From Candidatus Latescibacterota bacterium (lineage in GTDB: Bacteria; Latescibacterota; UBA2968; UBA8231): a stretch of DNA of 64,000 nt. Every line of letters starts with the position of its first letter. The stretch's first letter is position 1. Below the pieces are notes generated by a model. That model was not told the DNA's origin. It saw only the letters and a program-made list of their open reading frames with translations, and made no database searches. This document shows, in pieces, positions 10,128 to 19,954 of this stretch. Where the stretch lies: positions 3,584,001 to 3,648,000 of the forward strand of contig OZ244561.1 of assembly GCA_965217585.1 (NCBI GenBank), given 5' to 3'. The position numbers and the translations under genes are program-made.

Positions 10128-10362
10128 TTTGCTTTGGGGAATTCTGGCTATCGTTGGAATGGTCGTGGGGTTTTTCCCGTGTCTCGGCTCGCTAAACTGG
10201 CTCAATATACCTTTTGCAGGCATCGGCATCATCGTCAGCGGCCTCGCGCTGGTCTCGGCGGGCAACAACTCCAAAAGCAGCGGTATCGCTGGCTTAGTAT
10301 GCTGCATTGTGGCCCTGTTTTTTGGCATCATACGCCTCGCGCTAGGCGGAGGCGTTTTCTAA
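10114..10362 (+). CDS. small membrane protein (about 3 TM)
   Basis: Strong RBS (AGGAG). Hydrophobic 82-aa ORF overlapping the upstream gene. Confidence 0.7.
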   Translation: MQVLSLLWGILAIVGMVVGFFPCLGSLNWLNIPFAGIGIIVSGLALVSAGNNSKSSGIAGLVCCIVALFFGIIRLALGGGVF

Positions 10363-10377
10363 CGCAGAATCGCAGCA

Positions 10378-11607
10378 TTAACCCGACGCACGGCGTGGAT
10401 CGGGTCCCGTGTACTTAGCGCGTGGGCGTATCAGGCGTCCGGTCTGATACTGCTCAATGGCGTGGGCGATCCAGCCGATGGTTCGGCCGAGACAGAACAG
10501 CAACTGGGCTGCTCCTTTCTCCAATCCTAGGGCACGGCGCAGAGCCACCAGACCCAGATCCACATTGTGGGAAAGACCCGTCCGCTTGCCGACTTCCTCG
10601 ATCAACGCCTTTGCCATCGCCAATTCCAAAGCATTGGGGGCCGCTTCCTCCAGCAGTTCCATGAGGATTTTCGCACGGGGGTCAACGCCGCGATAGACCA
10701 CGTGTCCGAAGCCTTCGATTGTATCTCCCCTCTTGAGCCTGCTGGCAATGGTATCTCCCACGTCGTTCGCTGATTCAGCTTCGTCCCACAAGGCCTCCAG
10801 CCGACCGGTCGCCCCCCCGTGACGGGGACCTTGCAGGGCGCTGAGGCCGGCGGTTACCACCGCATACAGACTGGCCCCGCTTGAAGCCACGGTGCGGCAA
10901 GTAAACGTCGAGACGTTGAGCTCGTGATCGGCACACAGAATCAGGGCCGCTTCGATCAATCGGGCTGTTTCCGGTCGTCCGGGTAGCCAAGCGCTCTGCA
11001 GCGTCTGGGCGATGCCGCTGCTGGTTTTGTCTTGGACAGCGGCAATCAGCGTCATGAACCGGAGGATGCGAGCGCCGCACTGATAGATGTGCGGCGGCGC
11101 AGTGGCGAAAGCCGCGGGGTCTTGGGCTCCAATCACGGGAAGCAGCGCCTGCATCCGCTCGACTTTCGACAGCGGTGCAAGCTCTGAGATGAGCGCTGGG
11201 CTGAGGCCGTTCAGCCGGGAGTCGCCAGCGAATTCCTCGATTTGCAGAGATCTATCTCCCGTCCACAGCAATGCGGCGACCTCCTCCACCGTGTTCTCAC
11301 GCGCCAATTCGCCGACGCTGATCCCCCGATAGTAGAGGTCGTCATCGTCGATCCGGCTCAGAGCCGACTCCAGTACCGGGTCTCCTGCTCTCAGGGCCTG
11401 CTCGGCAGCTACTTCGGGATGCGCCCGAAGCTCCTTGTGGCGGCGGAGACGCTCGATGTCTTCGCGATAGTACTGGCGAGTGCGATGCCGCTGATCCCCT
11501 GTTTCGGAACGGATCAGGCCGCGACTTACATAGGAATAGAGGGTCTGCGGCCGGATTCCCAGCTCGGCACAGGCCTCTTTAGCGGATAAATAGCGCGAAG
11601 GAGCCAT
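10378..11607 (-). CDS. HTH-citrate synthase family fusion (probable regulator)
   Basis: N-terminal MerR/HTH_17-like domain (YLSAKEACAELGIRPQTLYSYVSRGLI). Citrate synthase domain with DHELNVST, GPRHGG, GFGH, NVD. Confidence 0.88.
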   Translation of the reverse strand: MAPSRYLSAKEACAELGIRPQTLYSYVSRGLIRSETGDQRHRTRQYYREDIERLRRHKELRAHPEVAAEQALRAGDPVLESALSRIDDDDLYYRGISVGELARENTVEEVAALLWTGDRSLQIEEFAGDSRLNGLSPALISELAPLSKVERMQALLPVIGAQDPAAFATAPPHIYQCGARILRFMTLIAAVQDKTSSGIAQTLQSAWLPGRPETARLIEAALILCADHELNVSTFTCRTVASSGASLYAVVTAGLSALQGPRHGGATGRLEALWDEAESANDVGDTIASRLKRGDTIEGFGHVVYRGVDPRAKILMELLEEAAPNALELAMAKALIEEVGKRTGLSHNVDLGLVALRRALGLEKGAAQLLFCLGRTIGWIAHAIEQYQTGRLIRPRAKYTGPDPRRASG

Positions 11608-11615
11608 CGTTATAG

Positions 11616-11668
11616 ATTGATTTATGAATCAATATTGACAATATAAGTGATCGCGTTATAATCGTCAA
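11616..11668. promoter_or_regulatory. overlapping divergent sigma70 promoters plus palindromic operator
   Basis: Plus strand TTGACA(11635-40)-N16-TATAAT(11657-62). Minus strand TTGACG(11668-63)-N17-TATATT(11645-40). Inverted repeat ATTGATT-N4-AATCAAT at 11616-11633. Confidence 0.8.
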
Positions 11669-11694
11669 TTAACCAATCCAACGGAGCTTGGGAC

Positions 11695-12807
11695 ATGACC
11701 AATGAGATCAAAGAAGGACTGGAGGGTGTAGTCGCTGCCCGCACGCGGTTGAGCGGGATCGACGGAGAGAAGGGCAGACTGTGGTTGGCGGGCTTCTCTC
11801 TTGAGGAACTTGCCCCCAACGCGCACTTCGAGGAAACGGCCTACCTGTTGTGGCATGGCCAGCTTCCGGATTGCAAGCAGCTTGAGACATTCTGCGCTCG
11901 ACTGTCGAGTTGGTCCCTGCCCGAGTACACCCAATCTCTGATTGAGGCCGCCGTCATAACTGAACAGAGGCCAATCGACGTACTGCGGCTGACCCTTGAT
12001 TCGCTTCGCCTCGAGGGCGCGGAGTCGGATATCGCGCTTGTGGGTGCCACTCCTGTTATCGTCGCTGCCACATGGCGATTGATGGCTCAAAAACCCGTAA
12101 TTCAGCCGGATCCAGGACTTCGTCTGGCGGAGAACTTCCTCTACATGCTGTCAGGCCGTAGGCCGACCGCGGCCATGGCTCGCGCGTTGGACACCTACTT
12201 CAACGCGATGGTTGATCACGGCATGAACGCGTCAACCTTCACCGCTCGCGTTATCACTTCGACGCGCTCTGATCGGAAGTCAGCCGTCGTCGGCGCTCTC
12301 GGTGCCTTAAAAGGTCCACTGCACGGCGGCGCACCGGAGCCGGCCTTGGCCATGCTACAGCAAATTGGCGTTCCCGACCGAGCAGAATCCTTCATTAGAA
12401 ACGTTCTTGAACGCGGTGAACGCTTAATGGGCTTTGGGCACCGCGAGTACAAAGTACGGGATCCCCGAGCGGCCATCCTCGCACAAGCCGCTGAGAAGCT
12501 GTGCGTGGCAAAAGGAGATACGGGCCTGCTCGACTTGGCCAGACTCGTAGAATCAGAGGCGGTTCGACTATTGGAGGAATACAAGCCGGGCCGGCGTTTG
12601 TTTACCAACGCCGAGTTCTATACGGCGGTTCTGCTACGCGAACTTGGCGTCCCGTCGGAGCTGTTTAGTTGCACCTTCGCCGTAACTCGCATGGCAGGCT
12701 GGATCGCGCACTGCCGGGAACAGGAAGCAGTGGAGCGAATTTTTCGGCCGCAGTCGGAGTACGTCGGGTGCGAGGGGAGAGAGTGGGTGCCTCTAGGAGA
12801 CCGCTGA
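11695..12807 (+). CDS. citrate/2-methylcitrate synthase
   Basis: GLEGVVA, DHGMNASTF, GPLHGGA, GFGHREYKVRDPR, NAEFY. Confidence 0.9.
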   Translation: MTNEIKEGLEGVVAARTRLSGIDGEKGRLWLAGFSLEELAPNAHFEETAYLLWHGQLPDCKQLETFCARLSSWSLPEYTQSLIEAAVITEQRPIDVLRLTLDSLRLEGAESDIALVGATPVIVAATWRLMAQKPVIQPDPGLRLAENFLYMLSGRRPTAAMARALDTYFNAMVDHGMNASTFTARVITSTRSDRKSAVVGALGALKGPLHGGAPEPALAMLQQIGVPDRAESFIRNVLERGERLMGFGHREYKVRDPRAAILAQAAEKLCVAKGDTGLLDLARLVESEAVRLLEEYKPGRRLFTNAEFYTAVLLRELGVPSELFSCTFAVTRMAGWIAHCREQEAVERIFRPQSEYVGCEGREWVPLGDR

Positions 12808-12845
12808 CACTGCCCGCCTCAAGCACTTGGACTTGCTCCACAAGG

Positions 12846-12889
12846 GTCCCATAGCGACTTTTCCGCCGTCCTTCGCCTATACTAACGCA
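12846..12889 (-). repeat. dispersed copy of the ECF-sigma 5' leader (second copy at 21555-21599)
   Basis: GTCCCATAGC and a 23-bp identical core CGTCCTTCGCCTATACTAACGCA at 12867-12889 and 21577-21599. Confidence 0.85.
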
Positions 12890-12908
12890 AGTGAGGTGCG
12901 TCGTAAAA

Positions 12909-13952
12909 ATGAGAACGTTCAAGCTGTGGGTGGGCGGGGATGCGCACGTGGGCACGGATCTGGCGCGTGCCAATCGCCGTAGTCTTGAGGATGCGATCCT
13001 GCAGGCCGAACAGGGCGGTGCCGGTGGCGGTCCACCGTTCGAGTGGGATATTATGCTGGACGTCGGGGACCTGTCCGGGTCGCAGACACCGCCGGATGAC
13101 GAGGAAGGGGAAGAGGTGGTGCGGCAGTACAGCGCGTCGACCAAACATCCCCGGGAAGATTTCTACAATATTGTGGGCAACCACGACGCCAGCGGCCCTG
13201 ACGAGCCGTGCCAGTGGTGGTTCCGGAAGTGGGTGGATCCCACCGGGGAGAATTCCGAGTATTCCGGCGTTCACGCCGACCGGAGGCCTTATCCGGTCGA
13301 GGGGACCTGGGAGCGGTATTCGTTTCAGGTGGGGAATGTCCTGTTTCTGGCGATGGGTGACCGCAATGACGGCGGGCCTCCGGTTGGGCGGGGCGAGAGA
13401 GGCGGATATCCCGCAGGCGCGGTGACGCGGGAGACGTTCGAGTGGTGGAAAGAGAAGGTCGAAGAAAACCACGACAGGATCATTGTAACGGCCCACCACC
13501 ATATGTTGAGGGACACGACAGTGGCGTCCGGCCCCTGGGAGGGGGTTGACGGAGGCTACCATGGCCGCTTTGAAGACGGGGCGCCCATCGGGGCATCGTA
13601 TCTCTATTTCGTGGGGGGAGAACCGGATGCAGGGGCATTCGAGTCTTATTTGGAGGCGAATCCGGGCGCGGTCGATCTCTGGCTGGGGGGGCATACCCAT
13701 ACGAATCCGGATGATACACACGGCGGGCGGTCTCATGTAGAGCGGAAGTGGGGGGTGACCTTCGTCAATGTGGCGGCAATTTCGAGATATCACGGCAGCA
13801 GGAATATTTCGCTGAGCCGGTTGTTGACGTTTTCGGAAGGGGCGGCGGAGGTCAATATCAGGTGCTACCTCCATATGAGCGACTATGCACCTCAGGGGTG
13901 GTACGACAGGGCGGAAAGGACGACGCCGCTGCGGATGTCGTTCTCATATTGA
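12909..13952 (+). CDS. calcineurin-like metallophosphoesterase
   Basis: DAH, GD, GNHD, HH and GHTH motifs in canonical order. Confidence 0.88.
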   Translation: MRTFKLWVGGDAHVGTDLARANRRSLEDAILQAEQGGAGGGPPFEWDIMLDVGDLSGSQTPPDDEEGEEVVRQYSASTKHPREDFYNIVGNHDASGPDEPCQWWFRKWVDPTGENSEYSGVHADRRPYPVEGTWERYSFQVGNVLFLAMGDRNDGGPPVGRGERGGYPAGAVTRETFEWWKEKVEENHDRIIVTAHHHMLRDTTVASGPWEGVDGGYHGRFEDGAPIGASYLYFVGGEPDAGAFESYLEANPGAVDLWLGGHTHTNPDDTHGGRSHVERKWGVTFVNVAAISRYHGSRNISLSRLLTFSEGAAEVNIRCYLHMSDYAPQGWYDRAERTTPLRMSFSY

Positions 13953-14001
13953 TCGGCGACGGGCGCTCGTATCGCGGTCCGCAGCCGCCGGTTCCTCAAG
14001 C

Positions 14002-14058
14002 GATGTGGAACCGTATTCGGTGATTGGAGGCGCACCGGCTCGGTTGATCGGGAAGTGA
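14002..14058 (+). pseudogene. 3'-terminal remnant of a hexapeptide-repeat (LbH) acyltransferase
   Basis: Translates DVEPYSVIGGAPARLIGK*, matching the family C-terminal DVPPYxxVGGxPAxxI motif. The rest of the gene is absent. Confidence 0.6.
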
Positions 14059-14084
14059 GACGAGAGAGGCGAAAGGATCCCGCG

Positions 14085-15233
14085 ATGACAGGACGCGAAT
14101 ATTTGGAATCGATTATGCCAACGCGCGAGATGGTGGATCATTTTGTGACACCTGCTAAGGCCGATGTGCCGGTAGAGTTGGCGAGGATTATGTGTAATAA
14201 TGCACAGTCGGCGTTTGATCCCGAGATCGGATGGGTGGTTTGCGATGGGTTTCGCGGTGGTGGTGTGGATGATTCGCGCGGGTTTTACGCGTACGAGAAA
14301 GACGGTGCGCGGCGGGTGGTCAATTACGCGGATCGCCCGTGTCGTATCCATACGTATGGGAATAGCTTTACGCATTGCGATCAGGTCAGCAATGGGGAGA
14401 CATGGCAGGAGTATTTGGCCGCGCATCTGCTGGAACCCGTTCGCAATTACGGCATTGGCGGGCACAGTGTGTATCAGGCGTATCGGCGAATGTTAATTGT
14501 GGAGAGGGAATATCCCGCCGAATACGTGATTTTGAATGTGTGGGACGACGATCACTTTCGAAATTTGGATGCGTGGCGGTCCATTCGCATGGGACGACAG
14601 GGGAGGTTTACGCTGCCGCATTTGTGCGTGAATCTGGAAAGCGGAACCGTGGAAGAGCGCGAGAATTTGTGTAAGACTCCCGAACAACTCTATCACTTAT
14701 GCGATGCGGATTGGGTGTGGGAGACTTTTGGCGACGATCCGATTTTGCACGCGGTTATGGCGCGCAAAGGCAGTGTGGAAGATGCGTCGGCAATGGCGCA
14801 AAGTATGGGGGGAGAGTTCGAGAATGCGGGATCAGATGCCGAGGTTTACAGCTTGCATACCGAAGCTGCTCTGTTTGCGACGCGGTTTGTGGTTGAAAAG
14901 GCCGAAGCGTTTACAAAGGCCAATGGAAAAAAGCTGCTGGTGATTTTGTCATTTGGTTCGCACAATGTAGCGAATGCCCTGAAGGGCGAGCCGCTTTTTG
15001 ACCAGACGTTTTTGGATTGGTTGGCGACAAAGGACGTACCGATGATCGATTTGCGCGATGCTTTGCGGGAAGAATACGCGACATATCGAGGGGATGTACA
15101 GACGTTTTTGGCACCGTATTATATCGGGCATCACACGCCGCGCGGGAATTTCTTTTTTGCCTGGGCGATAAAAGATCGAATTGTAGAATGGCTCGATCCA
15201 AAACCATTGCCCTATCAAATAGCGTCGGATTGA
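14085..15233 (+). CDS. SGNH/GDSL hydrolase-like hypothetical protein
   Basis: GNSFT block I, NYGIGGHS block II and a late GHHT. RBS AAAGGA. Confidence 0.6.
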   Translation: MTGREYLESIMPTREMVDHFVTPAKADVPVELARIMCNNAQSAFDPEIGWVVCDGFRGGGVDDSRGFYAYEKDGARRVVNYADRPCRIHTYGNSFTHCDQVSNGETWQEYLAAHLLEPVRNYGIGGHSVYQAYRRMLIVEREYPAEYVILNVWDDDHFRNLDAWRSIRMGRQGRFTLPHLCVNLESGTVEERENLCKTPEQLYHLCDADWVWETFGDDPILHAVMARKGSVEDASAMAQSMGGEFENAGSDAEVYSLHTEAALFATRFVVEKAEAFTKANGKKLLVILSFGSHNVANALKGEPLFDQTFLDWLATKDVPMIDLRDALREEYATYRGDVQTFLAPYYIGHHTPRGNFFFAWAIKDRIVEWLDPKPLPYQIASD

Positions 15234-15332
15234 GGCCGGATCGGTCCGGGCGGCGATGATCCTCCCGTTTCAGGAAATGCACATCCACACTCTTCCAAAG
15301 AAAAGTGAACAAACACCCGCAAAGTGAAAGCC

Positions 15333-16571
15333 ATGAACCCCTACCAAACTAATGTCTTTATTAATGCGCAAGCCCACCCTCCACCGGCCTACGGTCCAAC
15401 ACAGCAGGCGTTACTAAATCGAGATGCCTTCGCTGATGTGGAAGTAGAGGTGACACGCTTGCCCGGTTATCAACTGACGCCGCTGATTGCATTGAACGGT
15501 CTTGCGGCGGCGAGCGGTGTTGAAGGCCTGTGGTGCAAGCATGAAGGGTATCGATTCGAGGTGGGGAGTTTTAAACCGACGGGACCCGTTTACGCAATGC
15601 TGTCCGTGTTGAAGGGTGAAATCAAAAAAGCCACCGGTGTGGAAACAGTCACAACACAGGACCTGATAAATCGGCAGTATGAATCGGTGACGAGAGAGGT
15701 TGTCGTCTCGGCGGCAACATCGGGCAATCACGGGCGAGCGTTGGCGTGGGGTGCCCGTATGTTCGGTTGTCGATGCGTGATTTACATGAACGATGGCGTC
15801 AGCGCCGGTAGAGAGGAAGCGATTGCTGCCTATGGCGCAGAGGTGGTGCGGGTAGCGGGAAACTACGATCGAGTGGTGCAACGCTCCTACGCGGACGCTG
15901 AGATGTTCGGCTATTTTGCCATATCGGATGAAAAATCTGCAGATTATCCCCACATCTCCCGTGAGATTATGCAGGGTTACGCAATGGTCGCGGACGAAAT
16001 CGTTCGACAGTTCAGCGACCTCCAGCCGCCCACTCATGTCTTTGTCCCCGGCGGTGGCGGTCGATTGGCCGCGGCGACCTGCGGGCATTTGTGGGAGCGA
16101 TATGAGAGCAACCATCCGCGGGTAGTTGTTGTTGAACCCACCACATCTGCCTGCCTATACCGAAGCGCGCTTGAAAACAGCGCAGCAACCGTCAGCGCAG
16201 ATGGTCGGTCCGTTATGGACGGACTGGTCGTTGAATCCGCTTCGCCCCAAGCGTGGGATATTCTAAGGGCTGGTGCTTTCGCCTTTCTTACTATCCCTGA
16301 CGAAGCGGCTGTTGATGCCATGCGACAAGCGGCGACAGGTGTCGGTGGAGATCCCCCAATCGCGATTGGTGAAACGGGGATTGCAGCGTGGGCAGGATTG
16401 CTGGCAACGACCCGTGACGAAAATCTGCGGCAGCAGCTTGGACTCGATTGCGACAGCCGTATCGTCATCATTGCAACCGAGGGGGCGACCGATCCGGAGG
16501 TTTATTGCAACCTTGTTGGCACGACTCCGGAAGCGGTTTTGGCGGGAACCGAACCTCAACCAACGGAATAG
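15333..16571 (+). CDS. dpaL: diaminopropionate ammonia-lyase family PLP enzyme
   Basis: GYQLTPL, KHEGYRFEVGSFK, ATSGNHGR, IMQGY, PTHVFVPGGGG, TEGATDP. Confidence 0.8.
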   Translation: MNPYQTNVFINAQAHPPPAYGPTQQALLNRDAFADVEVEVTRLPGYQLTPLIALNGLAAASGVEGLWCKHEGYRFEVGSFKPTGPVYAMLSVLKGEIKKATGVETVTTQDLINRQYESVTREVVVSAATSGNHGRALAWGARMFGCRCVIYMNDGVSAGREEAIAAYGAEVVRVAGNYDRVVQRSYADAEMFGYFAISDEKSADYPHISREIMQGYAMVADEIVRQFSDLQPPTHVFVPGGGGRLAAATCGHLWERYESNHPRVVVVEPTTSACLYRSALENSAATVSADGRSVMDGLVVESASPQAWDILRAGAFAFLTIPDEAAVDAMRQAATGVGGDPPIAIGETGIAAWAGLLATTRDENLRQQLGLDCDSRIVIIATEGATDPEVYCNLVGTTPEAVLAGTEPQPTE

Positions 16572-16589
16572 GGAGACGTTCCAACTGCA

Positions 16590-18194
16590 TCAGGCCGGCG
16601 ATTTCCAGTCGTTGCCCCAGAAGCCCCAGTCCAGAACCTCGCCCTCTGAATACACTAGGTAGTCCGGCAGCAATTGCATGTTTAGGTGACTGCCCCAGCA
16701 AATGGCGTCCGGCGCAGTGCCGCCGTGGACGGCGACGTAGCGCTGCGGGTTGCGGGGGTGGGGGAAAACGGCGCAGACAGCGATGCGCTCGCCGCGGTAG
16801 AGGTTGTCGGCCAAGCGGATGGCGTCGCCCTCGAAGGCCAGCGGTAGCTGACCTTCGAACTGCCCCAGCACGGTGTTGGTGGATGGGGTGCCGTAGAGCA
16901 ACAGGTTGTTGCCGTCGCGGTCGTCGTCCCTCAGATCCACATCTCTGACGACCGGCAGATCCACGGTATTCTCGCCCATGATGCCGCCGCGGTGAACGCC
17001 GCCGTTGCGACTGCTGAAGTACCCAGTAGCATGGCCGGCCACCCAGTCGTTGTAGAAACGTTCCTCCTCCGAGCCGGATGTCCCAGGCACCAGCAGCAGG
17101 CCGTCGTAGAACAGATCGCCGATGGGGCCGGAGGACTGGTGCCGTTTCTCGGCTCTGAGGGCGAAAGTGCCCGTTTCCCAGGTGCCGCTCTGGTGGCGAC
17201 GAAAGGATTGGCGGCGGCCCAGGTCGAGACGGCTCAGGGCCTGGCCGTCGAGGATTACTTCTAGGGCGGCATCCTCTTCGATAGGGCCCAGGGAAAGAGT
17301 GTGGACGCCCTTTGTCCGCACGGTCAGGCGTTCTCCTTCCCGGCGGGCATCCACCTCGCCGGACGCTCCGTAGTGTGCGAGTTGGTCTATTTCCACCCAG
17401 TACGAGCGATTGTGGCGCAAGCCCCAGGTGACCAGAGATACATGGGAGGGGGAATCCTGTTTGCGCTGGTCCAGCAGCCAGGGAATCACTTGCTTCCAGA
17501 TATCCGGCGTGCGGCAGCCGTGGCCGGTGCGGGGCACTTCGGTGTAGGTATGGGCAACGCCTTTTTCCGCCAGCAGGCCGGCCATCTGACGCGAGTGCGC
17601 CACGGGCACGCCGCCGCCCACGGCCCGGTCCCATTCTCCGTGGACGATCCACAGGGGCGTGTGCCGCAGGTTCTCCACCAGGAAGGCGGCCGAGCGCGAT
17701 TGCCAGGAGGGTTCCTCCCAGGGGTGCATGTGGAAGGTCAGACCGCCGGGCTTCTCCCACAGGCGATAGTCGCAATAGCCGCAGAAGGGCGCGGCGGCGG
17801 CGAAGAGGTCGGGGTAATGGGAAGTCAGGTACCAGACGGCGGCACCGCCCATGGACGAGCCAGTTATACTGATGCGCGCCCGGTCAATGGCATAGTGAGC
17901 GGCCACGTGCTCGATGGCCTCTAGGACATCGACCTCGCCGTAGTTCTGGTACACGGAGCCGGGGCCCCGCCCGGTGGGTCGCAGGACCACACAGGAGCGG
18001 CCCTCGGCCGCGGCAATGGCGGCCATTTCCTCGGTCAGAGCAACGGTGCCCGGCAGGTGGTGCAGGGCACCGGGACTGACCTCGATGATCAGGGGTTTGG
18101 GGTCGGGACTAGTATCGGTGGCGCAGACGGCGCAGGGGTGGAGCTGGCCGTCGACGGACGAGCGAAAGTATTGGAGTTGGCCGACGGACTTCAT
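16590..18194 (-). CDS. alpha/beta hydrolase (prolyl oligopeptidase/esterase family) with C-terminal extension
   Basis: Nucleophile elbow GSSMGG, HGEWD, GH. YGEVDVLEAIE motif. Confidence 0.8.
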   Translation of the reverse strand: MKSVGQLQYFRSSVDGQLHPCAVCATDTSPDPKPLIIEVSPGALHHLPGTVALTEEMAAIAAAEGRSCVVLRPTGRGPGSVYQNYGEVDVLEAIEHVAAHYAIDRARISITGSSMGGAAVWYLTSHYPDLFAAAAPFCGYCDYRLWEKPGGLTFHMHPWEEPSWQSRSAAFLVENLRHTPLWIVHGEWDRAVGGGVPVAHSRQMAGLLAEKGVAHTYTEVPRTGHGCRTPDIWKQVIPWLLDQRKQDSPSHVSLVTWGLRHNRSYWVEIDQLAHYGASGEVDARREGERLTVRTKGVHTLSLGPIEEDAALEVILDGQALSRLDLGRRQSFRRHQSGTWETGTFALRAEKRHQSSGPIGDLFYDGLLLVPGTSGSEEERFYNDWVAGHATGYFSSRNGGVHRGGIMGENTVDLPVVRDVDLRDDDRDGNNLLLYGTPSTNTVLGQFEGQLPLAFEGDAIRLADNLYRGERIAVCAVFPHPRNPQRYVAVHGGTAPDAICWGSHLNMQLLPDYLVYSEGEVLDWGFWGNDWKSPA

Positions 18195-18326
18195 TACTCC
18201 TCAGGGCAAATAGAGCAGGGCGCAAGATAAGGTGGGCGGGCCGGGCCGGCAAGCGCTGCAAGGCAGACGGCCTGGACCACCCCGACGCCAAAGGCGAGGA
18301 GCTTTGCTCGCCAATGTAAACATATT

Positions 18327-19952
18327 TCAAAACGCCCGGCTGAAGCGCAGGGACAGATCGAGGTCGCGCGTCTGGTTGGAGACAGGGCGGGCAATGTAGA
18401 GGCGGAAATCATCCTTGTGCAGCCCTAGGCCGCCGCTAACTTGCAGATCGAAATCGGCCTCGTCCGCTAGCCAAGCCGAACCAGCATCGGCGAAAAAGCC
18501 CACATTTACCCGACCTCCTTGCAGCCAGTGCTCGGCGTTGAACAGCGCCATTCTATCGCCGCTGAACTCCTTGAAACCATAGCCGCGCAAAGAAGAAAAA
18601 CCGCCCAAGTCAAAGAGGTACTGCCGCGGTACTGATCCGGTGGCCCGTCCTAGACGCAGACGCAGATCGAGGCGGCTTCCTTGGCTCGTGGGCTGGTAGC
18701 GTCGTACATCGAGGATATAGCGCGCAAAGTCTCGGTCCCCGCCCCAAGCTCCTCCAGCCCGTTCGCCGAAGCCATTGACAAACCAGCCGCGCCGGGGGCT
18801 GTGACGGCTATTGCGGCTGTCCCAGCGCAGTTCGGCCCGCAGGCTTTTGTAGCGCTCCTCATCGATAGCTGGATTGGGGCGGAAGCGGTCCCGGCCTAAG
18901 CGACCCAATAAGGCCCACTGGACACCGTTTTCTAGGGAAGAGAAATCGTCTTGAGTATAGCGGACGGTCAAGCTCAGGTCGGTGCCTAGGCCCTGCACCG
19001 CATATACGCTGAAACCCGTGCGGCGATAGTAATCGCGGAAATCGCGTCGAAACAGCACGGCATCCAGCGAATTTTCCTCGGCCGATAATAGCCAGTGATC
19101 TTGGGTATCGGTCAGATCGTGTAACTCAGCACCTAAACGCGCGACGTACGGTCCCCAGTTCCGTCCCACCGCCAGCCATTCAGCTCCCAACTGGTAATGC
19201 CAGTAGTCGCTGCCCAAGCCCCGACCCAACTCGCCGTATTGCACCAAGCGGGAAAAGTCGTTGAAAGGAATCCGGGGACGCCAGCCTAGATAGAGGCCGT
19301 CAACTTTGTTGTACTGGGCGACCAAGCCCTCTGGCTGCCATTCCAGCAATTCCCTGTGGCCTCGGTCCCACTGGCCCTGCCAGCCGGCGAAATGGCTGGT
19401 CTCTAAGTCGCGGGGGCCCTGCCAGCCGGCGAAACGGCTAGTCCCTAAGTCGCGGGGATATTGCAGAGCCCGGGCGAGCAAGCGCTCCAAGCGACCTTCG
19501 AGGCGCACCAGGATTAGGTCTGTGTCGCTGAGGACGACGAGGTGCATTTGATCGATTGTCTGACCGCGGATGTGGTAGAGCAGCCAGAACACTTCTCGGC
19601 CTTCGCGTACTTTGAGGGCCACTTCCCAATTTTTGCGCGTCAACAATTCTTGGATCCGGGGTGGCATCCCCAAATCCTGCCGGAAAGGAGTGCGGCGGGC
19701 CGTGTACACGCCCACTTTGACCGCGTGGATTTCGCTCAGCATACCGCGTACTCTCCAGCTAGGGGGCACAAAAAAGGTGACCAAACGAGCGAAGCCCACG
19801 CTCATAGGGCCAAAGCTCATTTCAATTTGCCGCTCGTATTGGATCTCCGGTAGTTCCCGCTCTATTTCCCGGCGTAGCTGTCCCAAGTCCGCAGCGCGGA
19901 AACAACCAGTCAGACTCAGCGCAATGATCGCACATAAGGTCAATTTGGTCAT
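18327..19952 (-). CDS. lipoprotein DUF4252-like domain fused to an Omp85/BamA-like beta-barrel
   Basis: Lipobox LTGC. N-terminal WEVALKVRE...ILVRLEG domain. C-terminal FDLGGFSSLRGY, FFADAG and terminal RFSRAF. Confidence 0.7.
   Translation of the reverse strand: MTKLTLCAIIALSLTGCFRAADLGQLRREIERELPEIQYERQIEMSFGPMSVGFARLVTFFVPPSWRVRGMLSEIHAVKVGVYTARRTPFRQDLGMPPRIQELLTRKNWEVALKVREGREVFWLLYHIRGQTIDQMHLVVLSDTDLILVRLEGRLERLLARALQYPRDLGTSRFAGWQGPRDLETSHFAGWQGQWDRGHRELLEWQPEGLVAQYNKVDGLYLGWRPRIPFNDFSRLVQYGELGRGLGSDYWHYQLGAEWLAVGRNWGPYVARLGAELHDLTDTQDHWLLSAEENSLDAVLFRRDFRDYYRRTGFSVYAVQGLGTDLSLTVRYTQDDFSSLENGVQWALLGRLGRDRFRPNPAIDEERYKSLRAELRWDSRNSRHSPRRGWFVNGFGERAGGAWGGDRDFARYILDVRRYQPTSQGSRLDLRLRLGRATGSVPRQYLFDLGGFSSLRGYGFKEFSGDRMALFNAEHWLQGGRVNVGFFADAGSAWLADEADFDLQVSGGLGLHKDDFRLYIARPVSNQTRDLDLSLRFSRAF
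19373..19456. repeat. 42-bp tandem duplication (2 copies) inside the CDS
   Basis: Units 19373-19414 and 19415-19456 encode PRDLGTSRFAGWQG / PRDLETSHFAGWQG. Confidence 0.9.
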
Positions 19953-19954
19953 AG

